Part shown: piece after piece, positions 8,129-16,781 of the stretch
Position numbering within the stretch: position 1 is the stretch's first letter
Layout of the letters: each line of letters begins with the position of its first letter
DNA from: an uncultured Mageeibacillus sp.
GTDB taxonomy: Bacteria; Bacillota; Clostridia; Saccharofermentanales; DTU023
Direction of reading: 5' to 3'
Assembly (NCBI GenBank): GCA_964524395.1
Contig: CAZGCS010000003.1
Location: 1 to 31,645 of the forward strand
DNA: 31,645 nt
Notes under the pieces: generated by a model
The model's database searches: none
Seen by the model: only the letters and a program-made list of their open reading frames with translations
Told to the model about the DNA's origin: nothing
Translations under genes and position numbers: made by a program

Positions 8129-9099
8129 TGGACCCGCCTGAGGGTATCCTTCTGATTGACAAAGAGGCCTGGATGACTTCAGCCGCTGTGGTGTCACGTG
8201 TCCGGCGCCTTTTCGGCATCCGGCGCGTGGGGCACACCGGCACCCTGGATCCTTTCGCTACGGGACTTCTGCCTGTTTGCCTGGGCCGGGCCACGGCAGC
8301 GGCTGCCTATATGCTCAACTGGAGCAAACGCTATCGCTGTGAGGTCAGGCTGGGCTATGCCACCTCGACCATGGATTCCGAAGGGGAAGTGACTGAGAGA
8401 GCCGCCCATCCTTCTTTATGGCAACCTTTCCTTGATCAGGGAGACAGCCTGGCAGCAGATGCTCTTAAAAAGGCCGTCGCCTCCCTGACTGCTGTCACCT
8501 GGCAGCAGGCTCCCCTCTATTCAGCCGTCAAGGTTCAGGGCAAGCCCCTTTACCGCTACGCCCGCGAGGGGCGGGAAGTTGAGCGCCCGGTACGGCAGGT
8601 CAAGGTTTTCGCAGCGGATTTTCTGGGGCTGAGGGCTGACGATTCCGGCTATCCCCTGGTGGAGATCGAGTTTCTGGTCAGCTCGGGAACTTATATCCGC
8701 TCACTGGCCTCTCAGCTGGGAGAGGAGCTCAGCTGCCCCAGCCACGCGGCCTCACTGGTGCGTCTGGCGGCAGGCCATTTCGAGCTTTCCAGCGCCTGGC
8801 GGCTGGAACAGCTGACGGACGATCCGCTTTCCCGTTTGCTGCCGGTCGGCAGCGCTTTTTGCGGTTGGCCGGGCTTGCCCTTGACCAGGGAGCAGGCCCT
8901 GGATTTAGCCTATGGCCGTTCCATTGCCTGTGACGAGTCAGTTGCTGTGGAACCGGACAGGGAAGCAGGACGGCTGTCGCCGCCGCCCGGAGACAACTGG
9001 CGGGCCTGTTGGCAGGAAGGCCGCCTGTTCGCCACCGCCACAATCGAAGAAGGAAGATGTCGTGCCCGGCGTGTCTTTGTGCGGCCGGAAGAATTGTAG
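8125..9099 (+). CDS. truB: tRNA pseudouridine(55) synthase
   Basis: GILLIDK, VGHTGTLDPFATGLL (catalytic Asp), PLYSAVKVQGKPLY, SSGTYIRSLA; ATGA overlap with the nrnA stop. Confidence 0.97.
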   Translation: MMDPPEGILLIDKEAWMTSAAVVSRVRRLFGIRRVGHTGTLDPFATGLLPVCLGRATAAAAYMLNWSKRYRCEVRLGYATSTMDSEGEVTERAAHPSLWQPFLDQGDSLAADALKKAVASLTAVTWQQAPLYSAVKVQGKPLYRYAREGREVERPVRQVKVFAADFLGLRADDSGYPLVEIEFLVSSGTYIRSLASQLGEELSCPSHAASLVRLAAGHFELSSAWRLEQLTDDPLSRLLPVGSAFCGWPGLPLTREQALDLAYGRSIACDESVAVEPDREAGRLSPPPGDNWRACWQEGRLFATATIEEGRCRARRVFVRPEEL

Positions 9100-9113
9100 A
9101 AGGCAGGGTCATT

Positions 9114-10046
9114 GTGACAAAGGTATTTCGTGGACTGGAAGGCGGGGAGAAGGAGCAGCGGGGGATTGCCCTGGGTGTGTTTGACGGGGTTCATTTGGGC
9201 CATCAGGCCTTGATCCGTACCCTGCTTGCAGCATGCAGGAAGGATGGCTTGGTCCCGGCCGCCCTGACCTTCTCCTACGAGGATGGTCTGGGCTTTGATC
9301 GTAAACCGCTCAACCACTCTTTTATCATGTCGGAGGAGGAAAAATTGGAGGCCCTGGGTCAGGCCGGAGTGGAGGAGATTTTCCTGGTGTCCCTGACCGA
9401 TGATTTTCTGCATCTGTCTCCCACCGAATTTTTGAACAGCCTTGTGGTCAGCCGTCTCGGCGGGCAGTTGCTTGCCATCGGACAGGATGGACATTTTGGC
9501 TGGCGTGGCCAGGGTGACGCGGACTTCCTTGAGGCATACGCTTTGACCCATCCACTCCGGTCCCTGGTCGTCGAGGATATCAGTTGGCAGGGTGCCAAGG
9601 TTTCCAGTTCCAGGATCCGTCTCCTGCTGGCAACGGGGGAGATGGAAGAGGCTGCGGCCATGATGACCCGGCCCTTCCGCCTGTCTGGCAGGGTCATCGG
9701 CGGCAGGCGGCTCGGTTCCTCAATCGGATTCCCCACTGCCAACATCCGGTATCCGGCCCTGACAACCCTGATCCGTCGCGGAGTCTACATGACCCGGGTG
9801 CGGGTCGGTCAGGCGGAATTTCCTGCAGTGACCAGTGTGGGAGTCGCGCCCTCCGTCCACCGCGAACACAGAGAACTGCTGGCCGAGTCCTTTCTTTATA
9901 ACTTTGATCAGGATCTGTATGGGCAGGAAGTGGAGGTTTCTTTTCTGTCCTTTGTGCGGGATGAACAGCGCTTTGCATCGCTTGAGGAGTTGAGCGCCCA
10001 GATGAGCCGCGACATCGAAGGCGTCCGTGCCCGGCACGCCTTGTGA
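9114..10046 (+). CDS. ribF: Bifunctional riboflavin kinase / FAD synthetase
   Basis: ALGVFDGVHLGHQ, VSSSRIR, GRRLG...GFPTANI, DLYGQ. Start set at GTG 9114. Confidence 0.96.
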   Translation: MTKVFRGLEGGEKEQRGIALGVFDGVHLGHQALIRTLLAACRKDGLVPAALTFSYEDGLGFDRKPLNHSFIMSEEEKLEALGQAGVEEIFLVSLTDDFLHLSPTEFLNSLVVSRLGGQLLAIGQDGHFGWRGQGDADFLEAYALTHPLRSLVVEDISWQGAKVSSSRIRLLLATGEMEEAAAMMTRPFRLSGRVIGGRRLGSSIGFPTANIRYPALTTLIRRGVYMTRVRVGQAEFPAVTSVGVAPSVHREHRELLAESFLYNFDQDLYGQEVEVSFLSFVRDEQRFASLEELSAQMSRDIEGVRARHAL

Positions 10047-10076
10047 TAAAATGAGCCTACTTCGGAGGTAGAATAC

Positions 10077-11045
10077 ATGCTCTGCGATTTGAGTTATCAC
10101 GTCTCTTTTCCCGGCTTGGGTATCGAAAACCTGGCCGTCAACCGCGAAGCCTTTACTTTCAGCCTGTTCGGGCATCAGTTGACGGTCTTCTGGTACGGTT
10201 TGATTTTTACCATTGCCATGGTGACTTGCATCGTCATCGCCATGCTTCGCGCCAAAAAATACGGCTTCTCCCGGGATGACATCCTGGATTATTTTCTTTG
10301 GATGATTCCCCTGATCCTGATCGGATCCAGGATCTATTACGTCATTTTCGAGTGGGATCAGTTCAAGGGTTCTCTTTCTTCCATCTTTGATCTGCGCCAG
10401 GGCGGCCTTGCCTTTTACGGAGGCGTCCTGGGCGGTATGCTTGCCGTCGCTGTGGCCGCGAGGGTCAAGCGGATCAAGCTCCATCGCATCTTCGACTACC
10501 TGGCCGTCCTGATCCCCCTGGGACAGGGCATCGGACGCTGGGGAAATTTTTTCAACCAGGAGGCCTTCGGAACCAACACCTCCCTGCCCTGGGGCATGAT
10601 CAGCGAGGGAACGGCCCAGGGCCTTGCTGCCCTGAATCCCGATCCGGCCAATCCCTTGCCGGGCCTCAACCCCGGCCTGCCTGTCCATCCCACCTTCTTT
10701 TACGAATTTGCGGCTAACATGGTCATCTTTGCGATCCTGCTGGTGGTCCACAGGAGGCAGAAGCGTCCCTGGACCACTGTCCTGACCTATTTCTTCCTCT
10801 ATGGGATTGTGCGCTTCTTTGTTGAAGGGGTGCGCACCGATTCTTTGGTTTTCGAGGCCTTCGGGCATACCCTGCGGATCTCGCAGATCCTGTCGGCCGT
10901 CCTGGTTGTCGGTTCGGCCCTCCTGTTCGCCCTGGCATGGTTCAGCGCCTCAAAGCGCGAGCGCCTGGTGGCGGAAATGAACACCATGCCGGATCAGGTT
11001 CCGGAATTTGCGGCTGCCGGTGATGCGGATCCGGATGAGGCCTGA
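10077..11045 (+). CDS. lgt: Prolipoprotein diacylglyceryl transferase
   Basis: WYGL, GGLAFYGG, IGRWGNFFNQEAFG, HPTFFYE and RFFVEGVRTD motifs; multiple TMs; SD GGAGGT. Confidence 0.97.
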   Translation: MLCDLSYHVSFPGLGIENLAVNREAFTFSLFGHQLTVFWYGLIFTIAMVTCIVIAMLRAKKYGFSRDDILDYFLWMIPLILIGSRIYYVIFEWDQFKGSLSSIFDLRQGGLAFYGGVLGGMLAVAVAARVKRIKLHRIFDYLAVLIPLGQGIGRWGNFFNQEAFGTNTSLPWGMISEGTAQGLAALNPDPANPLPGLNPGLPVHPTFFYEFAANMVIFAILLVVHRRQKRPWTTVLTYFFLYGIVRFFVEGVRTDSLVFEAFGHTLRISQILSAVLVVGSALLFALAWFSASKRERLVAEMNTMPDQVPEFAAAGDADPDEA

Positions 11046-11056
11046 GCTCCAGTCTG

Positions 11057-12226
11057 ATGAAGTGGACCGATGAAGCCATCCGGCGAACCGGCAAAGACCT
11101 GAAACAATCGCGCGCTGATATTTTCTTCCAGGTGCTTGATTACCGCATGCTGGTTCCGATCCTGGCTTTGGTCATCATCGGCCTGGTAGTTCTGAATACT
11201 GTCCTGGCCAAGGGCTACGGGGCGGTCATTTTCGACTACCCCATGAATTTCTATAAACAGATCGCAGCTGTTCTCCTGGGCCTGGTAGCCGCCTTTACCC
11301 TTTGTGTTTTCGAGCCACCCACCATGCGGCTGATCGGAGGGGGGCTCTACATCATCAGCCTGATCCTGCTTCTGCTTGTCAAGGTGGATGGCTACCGTCC
11401 CGTTGCCGGTGCGGACAGCTGGATACGGATTCCACTTTTTGGTTCTTTCCAGCCTTCGGAGCTGTCCAAGATCGGTGTTGCCATGACGACAGGGCCCGTC
11501 TTTGCCGCCATGAAACGCGGTGAGATGTCCGCGAGTCAAGGGTTTTTACGGATTGGCCTGCTCTACGGCCTGCCCTTTCTCTTCATTGTCACTGAACCGG
11601 ATCTGGGTACCAGCCTGGTTTTAATCTTCATGTTTCTTACGACCACCTTCGTCTGGGGAGTTCGCTGGCGCACCATTATCCTGTCTGTGACCGGCACCGT
11701 CTTTGTTGTCCTGCCTGTTTCCTGGCTGTTTATTCTCAACCCCGCTCAAAAAGAACGCATCATGACTTTTCTCTTCCGCGGCTATGATAAATCCGCCTCC
11801 TACCACATCGAGCAATCCCTGGCTGCCGTCACTTCAGGAGGCTTGGCGGGGAACCGGACGGGTGCCACCGTCAGTGTGCCTGTCAAGGAGTCGGACTTCA
11901 TCTTCACAGCTATCTCGGAGCAGCTGGGGCTGATCGGTACCAGCCTGGTCATTTTGCTGGCGGTGTATTTCATCGCCCACACGCTGCGGGTGGCGGGAAA
12001 AGTGTCGGGACGGTCACCGGATGAATCTTTTATCATGGTAGCCCTGATCGCCAGCGTTGCTTTCCATTTCATTGAAAACATCGGGATGACAGTTGGCCTG
12101 CTTCCTATTACGGGCATTCCGCTTCCCTTCATCAGTTATGGCGGATCCGCCATGATCTCCAATTTCCTTTTATTGGGCGTCCTGCTCAATTATTCTCTCA
12201 ACCACACGGCTAATCTTTCACTGTAG
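11057..12226 (+). CDS. rodA: SEDS-family peptidoglycan glycosyltransferase, RodA-like
   Basis: GADSWI, FQPSELSKI, EPDLGT, QKERI, ESDFIF (catalytic Asp position), PITGIPLPFISYGGS. Called RodA because a separate FtsW sits in the dcw cluster. Confidence 0.85.
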   Translation: MKWTDEAIRRTGKDLKQSRADIFFQVLDYRMLVPILALVIIGLVVLNTVLAKGYGAVIFDYPMNFYKQIAAVLLGLVAAFTLCVFEPPTMRLIGGGLYIISLILLLLVKVDGYRPVAGADSWIRIPLFGSFQPSELSKIGVAMTTGPVFAAMKRGEMSASQGFLRIGLLYGLPFLFIVTEPDLGTSLVLIFMFLTTTFVWGVRWRTIILSVTGTVFVVLPVSWLFILNPAQKERIMTFLFRGYDKSASYHIEQSLAAVTSGGLAGNRTGATVSVPVKESDFIFTAISEQLGLIGTSLVILLAVYFIAHTLRVAGKVSGRSPDESFIMVALIASVAFHFIENIGMTVGLLPITGIPLPFISYGGSAMISNFLLLGVLLNYSLNHTANLSL

Positions 12227-12275
12227 CCTCTCCCCGGAGCCCTGCCCGGCTTATTAAAGTGCGGATTTCAGACTG

Positions 12276-12302
12276 GCAGCCGGCGCTAATCCGGTGCTTT
12301 TT
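12276..12302 (+). terminator. Intrinsic terminator after rodA
   Basis: GCA(G)CCGG-CGCTAAT-CCGGTGC, a 7-bp stem with one bulge, followed by TTTTT; separates the first operon from the dcw promoter. Confidence 0.65.
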
Positions 12303-12321
12303 GGCGGTAATTGAACAAATA

Positions 12322-12372
12322 GTGGGTAAAAGTGGTACCTATTGACATAATAGTGGTGTTTTGTGGTAGAAT
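12322..12372 (+). promoter_or_regulatory. dcw promoter with MraZ-binding GTGG repeats
   Basis: GTGG at 12322, 12332, 12353 and 12363 (about 10-bp phasing); TTGACA at 12342-12347; extended -10 TG-G-TAGAAT (TAGAAT at 12367-12372). Tandem GTGG boxes upstream of mraZ are the established MraZ operator. Confidence 0.8.
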
Positions 12373-12399
12373 AGCCAACAAAGTAGGAGGAGTCTTGTC

Positions 12400-12834
12400 G
12401 TGGCGCGCTATACCCATACCGTCGATAACAAAGGGCGAGTGATTGTCCCTGCCAGGCTCCGTGAAAAATTGGACGGCGTCCTGATCGTGACCCAGGGGAT
12501 TGACCAGGGTTATCTGGCCGCATACACACCGGAGCAGTTTGACTCCATCAAGCAGCAAATTCTCAACAATTCGAGTACAGGTTATGAAATCCGGAAGTTG
12601 AAGCGCGATGTCCTGGGCGCTTCGACTGTCTGCGAATTTGACGGACAGGGCCGCATGTCGGTTCCTGCCTTTTTATGGAAACACATTGAGGTTGACCCGG
12701 GGGAGGACATTTGTTTCATTGATGTCTTCGACAAGATTGAGATCTGTTCACAGGCCTTTTTCGACCGGATTAACGAGAGCCAGCCATCTTTGGCAGAAAT
12801 GGATCTGTCCGACTATGACATCCGCGGATTATGA
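12400..12834 (+). CDS. mraZ: Division/cell wall cluster transcriptional repressor MraZ
   Basis: Two DxxxR motifs (DNKGR, DGQGR); 144 aa; SD AGGAGG; first gene of the dcw cluster. Confidence 0.95.
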   Translation: MARYTHTVDNKGRVIVPARLREKLDGVLIVTQGIDQGYLAAYTPEQFDSIKQQILNNSSTGYEIRKLKRDVLGASTVCEFDGQGRMSVPAFLWKHIEVDPGEDICFIDVFDKIEICSQAFFDRINESQPSLAEMDLSDYDIRGL

Positions 12835-13795
12835 TGCCTGGCATTTGCCTGTCCTGGCCCATGAGGCGGTGGAAGCCCTTGCTGTCAAGCCGGGAGGGCT
12901 CTACCTTGACCTGACGGCGGGCGGCGGCGGTCACAGCGCACGGATCCTGGAGTCCCTGGAAGAGGGCGGGCGCCTTTTTGCGGCCGATCGGGATGGTGAG
13001 GCTTTGAAAATCTGTGAAACCAGGCTGGCAGGGGTCAGAACCAGAGGGACCTACCAGGTGATTGCTTCAACATTCTCGCAATTTCCTTCATGGCTCCAGG
13101 CCGGGGACAGGGGGCAGGTCGACGGTCTCCTTGCCGATCTGGGTGTAAGTTCTCATCAACTCGACCGCGGTGAACGCGGTTTTTCCTACTTGAAGGACGG
13201 GCCGCTTGACATGCGCATGAACCAGCAGCAAGGGGAGACAGCGGCCCAGTTGCTGGCTTCCCTTTCCCAGGAGGAACTGATGACTCTCCTGCGGATCTAC
13301 GGCGAGGAGCCCCAGGCTGCCTCCATCGCGGCCGCGATCGTCCGCCGCAGGAAAGAGAAGCCTGTTACCGAAACCCTGGACCTGGCGCAAATTGTGGCTT
13401 CCGCCGTACCGGCGCGTCAGCGCAGGGACGGCAATCCCGCCAGGAAGACATTCCAGGCCCTGCGTATGGCTGTCAACCGTGAGCAGGAGGAGCTGGCCCA
13501 TTTACTTTCTGAAATTCCCGCCGTCATGGCGGACGGGGGCCGGGCTGTCCTGATCAGTTTCCATTCCCTGGAGGACCGGATGGTCAAACAGGCCATGCGA
13601 TCCTGGCAGTCACCTTGCCAATGCCCGCGCGATTTTCCCCAATGCATCTGCGGGAGAAAGCCACTGGGGATAAGCCTGACACCCAGGCCGGTGACGGCCT
13701 CGGACAAGGAAACGGCAGACAATCCAAGGTCAAGAAGCGCCAAGCTTCGCGCCTTTGAATTCCATAAGGAAGTGTTCCATGAGTTACTACGATGA
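12815..13795 (+). CDS. rsmH: 16S rRNA m4C1402 methyltransferase
   Basis: HLPVL, DLTAGGGGHS, DLGVSSHQLD...RGFSY, DGPLDMRM, TFQALR, SFHSLEDRMVK, NPRSRSAKLR. Start set at ATG 12815, a 20-nt overlap with mraZ. Confidence 0.97.
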   Translation: MTSADYDAWHLPVLAHEAVEALAVKPGGLYLDLTAGGGGHSARILESLEEGGRLFAADRDGEALKICETRLAGVRTRGTYQVIASTFSQFPSWLQAGDRGQVDGLLADLGVSSHQLDRGERGFSYLKDGPLDMRMNQQQGETAAQLLASLSQEELMTLLRIYGEEPQAASIAAAIVRRRKEKPVTETLDLAQIVASAVPARQRRDGNPARKTFQALRMAVNREQEELAHLLSEIPAVMADGGRAVLISFHSLEDRMVKQAMRSWQSPCQCPRDFPQCICGRKPLGISLTPRPVTASDKETADNPRSRSAKLRAFEFHKEVFHELLR

Positions 13796-14327
13796 CGGAA
13801 ACCTGGCCAGACAGCTGGTAAGTCCCGCGCCCTCTCCCATCCCTCTCACGCAACCCCGCGACAGGGAGGCGGAAAAAAGGGCCAGGCAGAAGCAATTGGT
13901 CCGGGAGGCTGCCATCCGCAGGCAATACAAAGTGGCAGGCCGGACCCACGCCAAGGCGGTCTTGCGTCTGATGACCGTATTTGTCCTGGTGGCCCTGGCG
14001 GCCGGCTTCATCGTCTGGCGCAGTGCGAAGATTACCGAAATGAGTTTTGTTAACGCGGGTCTGCGCCGCCAGATTGCCGAACTGGACAAGGAGAATAGCC
14101 TGCTCCAGGATAAGATCGCGAAAAAGGCTTCACTGCAGACAACCCGGCAGGAAGCAGCGGAGCAGCTGGGCATGCAAAAAGCCACTTCCGATCAAATTCA
14201 CTATGTCTCATCCATCCATTTCCAAGGGGGAGAGGAGCAGGACCGAAGCAGCTCGCAGGGATATCGCGAAATGACGGCGGACAGCGAATGGCTGACCATG
14301 ATTGAAGCGTGGGTCAAGAACCACTGA
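13779..14327 (+). CDS. ftsL: Cell division protein FtsL-like
   Basis: Cytoplasmic N-terminus (MSYYDDGNLA), one TM, then a coiled coil (LRRQIAELDKENSLLQDKI) and AAEQLGM motif; position between rsmH and the PBP; SD AAGGAAGT before ATG 13779. Confidence 0.8.
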   Translation: MSYYDDGNLARQLVSPAPSPIPLTQPRDREAEKRARQKQLVREAAIRRQYKVAGRTHAKAVLRLMTVFVLVALAAGFIVWRSAKITEMSFVNAGLRRQIAELDKENSLLQDKIAKKASLQTTRQEAAEQLGMQKATSDQIHYVSSIHFQGGEEQDRSSSQGYREMTADSEWLTMIEAWVKNH

Positions 14328-14364
14328 GGAAGGGGACGGGGGAGGCACCCTGTCCGGACAAAAA

Positions 14365-16761
14365 ATGAGGCAGCGACATCAGACAGCATCAGCCGGGAAT
14401 CCTCCAAGGAGAACCCGGTGGTTCTTTGAAGCCAAGGTGGCTCTGATTATCACGGCCTTCTTTGTCGCGGCATCTGCGGTGATGACAGGTTTTTACCGGC
14501 TGCAGATTACGGAGAGCGAGGTTCTGGCTGCCAAAGCTGCCGAGCAGCAGTTTGTAACCCAGCAGGCCCACGCGCGCCGCGGTAGTATCCTGGATAAAAA
14601 CGGCTACCCGCTTGCCTTTTCAACCTACCTTTTCCGTGTCGGAATTACGCCCGGCGATGTCTACACCAAGGTCAAGGGTATTGACGAGGCCATGATCGTT
14701 GACAAAATCGGCTATTTTTTGAAGCTGGATGACCAGGCCTGTGCGGACATCCTGGAAAAGATCAAAACTGACCGGGCCACCGGTTGGACAGGACTTGAAA
14801 AAAATCTGGCCGGCCATGAGCCCACCACCTATGTCACCATCGCCAGCGAGGTGGAAGAAGCCGATGCCATGGCGCTCAAGGAATGGCTCTCTGAAAACCG
14901 GGTGGGAGGTGTCCGCTTCGACGCCGAAGAGAGGCGGGTCTACAATAACGGCTTGCTGGCTTCCTCCGTCCTGGGACTGACCAAGACGGACGGTGGCAGG
15001 ATCAAGGGAGTCTCGGGTCTGGAAGCGACCTACAATGATCTCCTGACAGGCCAGGCGGGTCACAGCTTCGCCAAGCAAAATAATTACACCACCAGGGGGA
15101 TCACTCCATTCTCCCGCCCCGTGGTCAGCCCCGCTGAAAAAAGCCGCCACCTGGTCACTACCCTGGACATGGAGGTCCAGGCTGTCTTACAGGAGGAATT
15201 GATGTCGGTAGCCGCGGCCGCCGGCCTCATTGCCGGTGTCAACGGCTTGGTTATGGATGTAAAAACGGGCGATATCCTGGCCATGGCCCAGATGGCTCCC
15301 TTTGATCTCTCCCGGCCGGATGCCGTCCCGCTGGGTTTTTCCCAGGCGTCCTGGGACGAGCTGAGTGCCACGGAGAAGAATGCCTATCTTTCATCCAATC
15401 TATGGAATAACATCAACATTACGGATATCTACGAACCGGGCTCAGTCTTCAAAGCCATCACCCTGGCCATTGCCCTGGAGGAGGGGGTGGCATGGGAAGA
15501 GTCCGTCTTCAACGATGATCCGCTGGAAATCCAAGGTGAGTCGATCAGCTGTCATACCGGGTACGGCCACGGCGATGAGACACTGCGCCAAGCCTTTTAC
15601 AGATCCTGCAACCCGGTTTTTGTCCAGCTTGGCGACCGGATCGGCAAAGGCCTCTATTATGAATGGATGGGCCGGCTGGGTCTCCACGACAAAACGGGGA
15701 TCGATCTGCCTGTGGAATCCGCGGGCTACCTGCACACCGATCCCATGTCCATCGACTTTGCCAACCTTACTTTCGGCGAATCGTCCTCCCTCACGGCCAT
15801 CCAGCTTGCCCAGCTTTTTGCTGCCATCGGCAACGGTGGCTACATGGTGACCCCGCGTGTGGGTGCCGCGTCAACCGAGGAAGGTTTGGAGGTCATGGTT
15901 CCATTTGATCTTGAGCAGGCAAACCGGGTGCTTTCAGAAGAGACCTGCGCGCGCGTCCGGTCCATGATGGCTGATGTGGTGACCCGGGGAACGGCAGCGG
16001 GGACATTCGGAGCCATGGGCTTGACCCTGGGCGGCAAAACCGGAACCGCTGTCGATTCTCAGGATAACCGGCAGACTCTGTCCTTTGTCGGATTAGCCCC
16101 CTGCGATGATCCGCAATACGTTGTTCTCGTGTCGGTTCATAAGCCGGAGACGACAGATACCCTGGGCGCTGCTGCCGCCCGGACCGCCAATCGTGTCGCG
16201 GCCAGAATCCTGAACCGCGGCGGGTTGAGCCAGCGTTACTCCGGTGACGAGCTTGCCCTGCTCGGGCAAGCGGTCGAGATTCCCGACTTGAGTGGAATGA
16301 CGGTGGGAGAGGCTGCTTTGACCCTGTCCCGATTGCAGCTGGCACCCCAGCTTCCGGCTGACCGTTTTTACCCGGATAGCAGGTTGTCGCACACTGAGCC
16401 GGCAGCCGGATCACTGGTGGGAATGGGAACAAGCGTATGGCTTTACCCGGAGGGCGAAAATGAAGTAGAATGGGTAACTGTGCCGGACTTTCTCGGGCGT
16501 AATTACCACGAAAGCGTCTGGCTGGCCGCTGAATACGGTGTGTCAATCCTTCCGGCAGGACCGCCTGGCGGGCAGGTTGCGGAACAGAGCATTCCTGCCA
16601 GGTCTGTAACGTCTGCCGGAGTGCCCGCCTTTTGTATTGACGAAGCGGGTTCGCCCTGTGACCCTGAAGCGGGTGGGGGATTGCCGGAAGGCAAGGTGAG
16701 AAAGGGAACCATCATAACCCTCGAATTCTCACCTGCAGCCTCTGCGGGCGGCGGCAATTAA
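14365..16761 (+). CDS. Class B penicillin-binding transpeptidase (FtsI/SpoVD family) with two C-terminal PASTA domains
   Basis: N-terminal TM; dimerisation domain (ARRGSILDKNG); intact SxxK (EPGSVFK), SxN (SCN) and KTG (GKTGTA); PASTA repeats VEIPDLSG and VTVPDFLG. Exact start uncertain. Confidence 0.93.
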   Translation: MRQRHQTASAGNPPRRTRWFFEAKVALIITAFFVAASAVMTGFYRLQITESEVLAAKAAEQQFVTQQAHARRGSILDKNGYPLAFSTYLFRVGITPGDVYTKVKGIDEAMIVDKIGYFLKLDDQACADILEKIKTDRATGWTGLEKNLAGHEPTTYVTIASEVEEADAMALKEWLSENRVGGVRFDAEERRVYNNGLLASSVLGLTKTDGGRIKGVSGLEATYNDLLTGQAGHSFAKQNNYTTRGITPFSRPVVSPAEKSRHLVTTLDMEVQAVLQEELMSVAAAAGLIAGVNGLVMDVKTGDILAMAQMAPFDLSRPDAVPLGFSQASWDELSATEKNAYLSSNLWNNINITDIYEPGSVFKAITLAIALEEGVAWEESVFNDDPLEIQGESISCHTGYGHGDETLRQAFYRSCNPVFVQLGDRIGKGLYYEWMGRLGLHDKTGIDLPVESAGYLHTDPMSIDFANLTFGESSSLTAIQLAQLFAAIGNGGYMVTPRVGAASTEEGLEVMVPFDLEQANRVLSEETCARVRSMMADVVTRGTAAGTFGAMGLTLGGKTGTAVDSQDNRQTLSFVGLAPCDDPQYVVLVSVHKPETTDTLGAAAARTANRVAARILNRGGLSQRYSGDELALLGQAVEIPDLSGMTVGEAALTLSRLQLAPQLPADRFYPDSRLSHTEPAAGSLVGMGTSVWLYPEGENEVEWVTVPDFLGRNYHESVWLAAEYGVSILPAGPPGGQVAEQSIPARSVTSAGVPAFCIDEAGSPCDPEAGGGLPEGKVRKGTIITLEFSPAASAGGGN

Positions 16762-16781
16762 TTTTTGAAAGACGCGCGATA

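Noticed and set aside
10056-10079. Small hairpin over the lgt SD, and the decamer AGAATACATG shared with the mini-ydjH start
   Set aside because: The stem is only 4 bp, and the shared decamer includes the ATG and SD spacer, so chance is a sufficient explanation.
9720-10868. 382-aa minus-strand ORF
   Set aside because: Antisense to ribF and lgt; long shadow ORFs are expected opposite hydrophobic genes in GC-rich DNA; no domain features.
14328-14345. G-rich stretch between ftsL and the PBP as a G-quadruplex
   Set aside because: Lacks four runs of three G; explained by purine-rich SD sequence.
3942-14364. Longer N-termini in the ORF track for infB, nrnA, truB, ribF, rsmH, ftsL and the PBP
   Set aside because: They extend into upstream genes without SD support; downstream starts fit SD spacing, stop/start overlaps and homologue N-termini.
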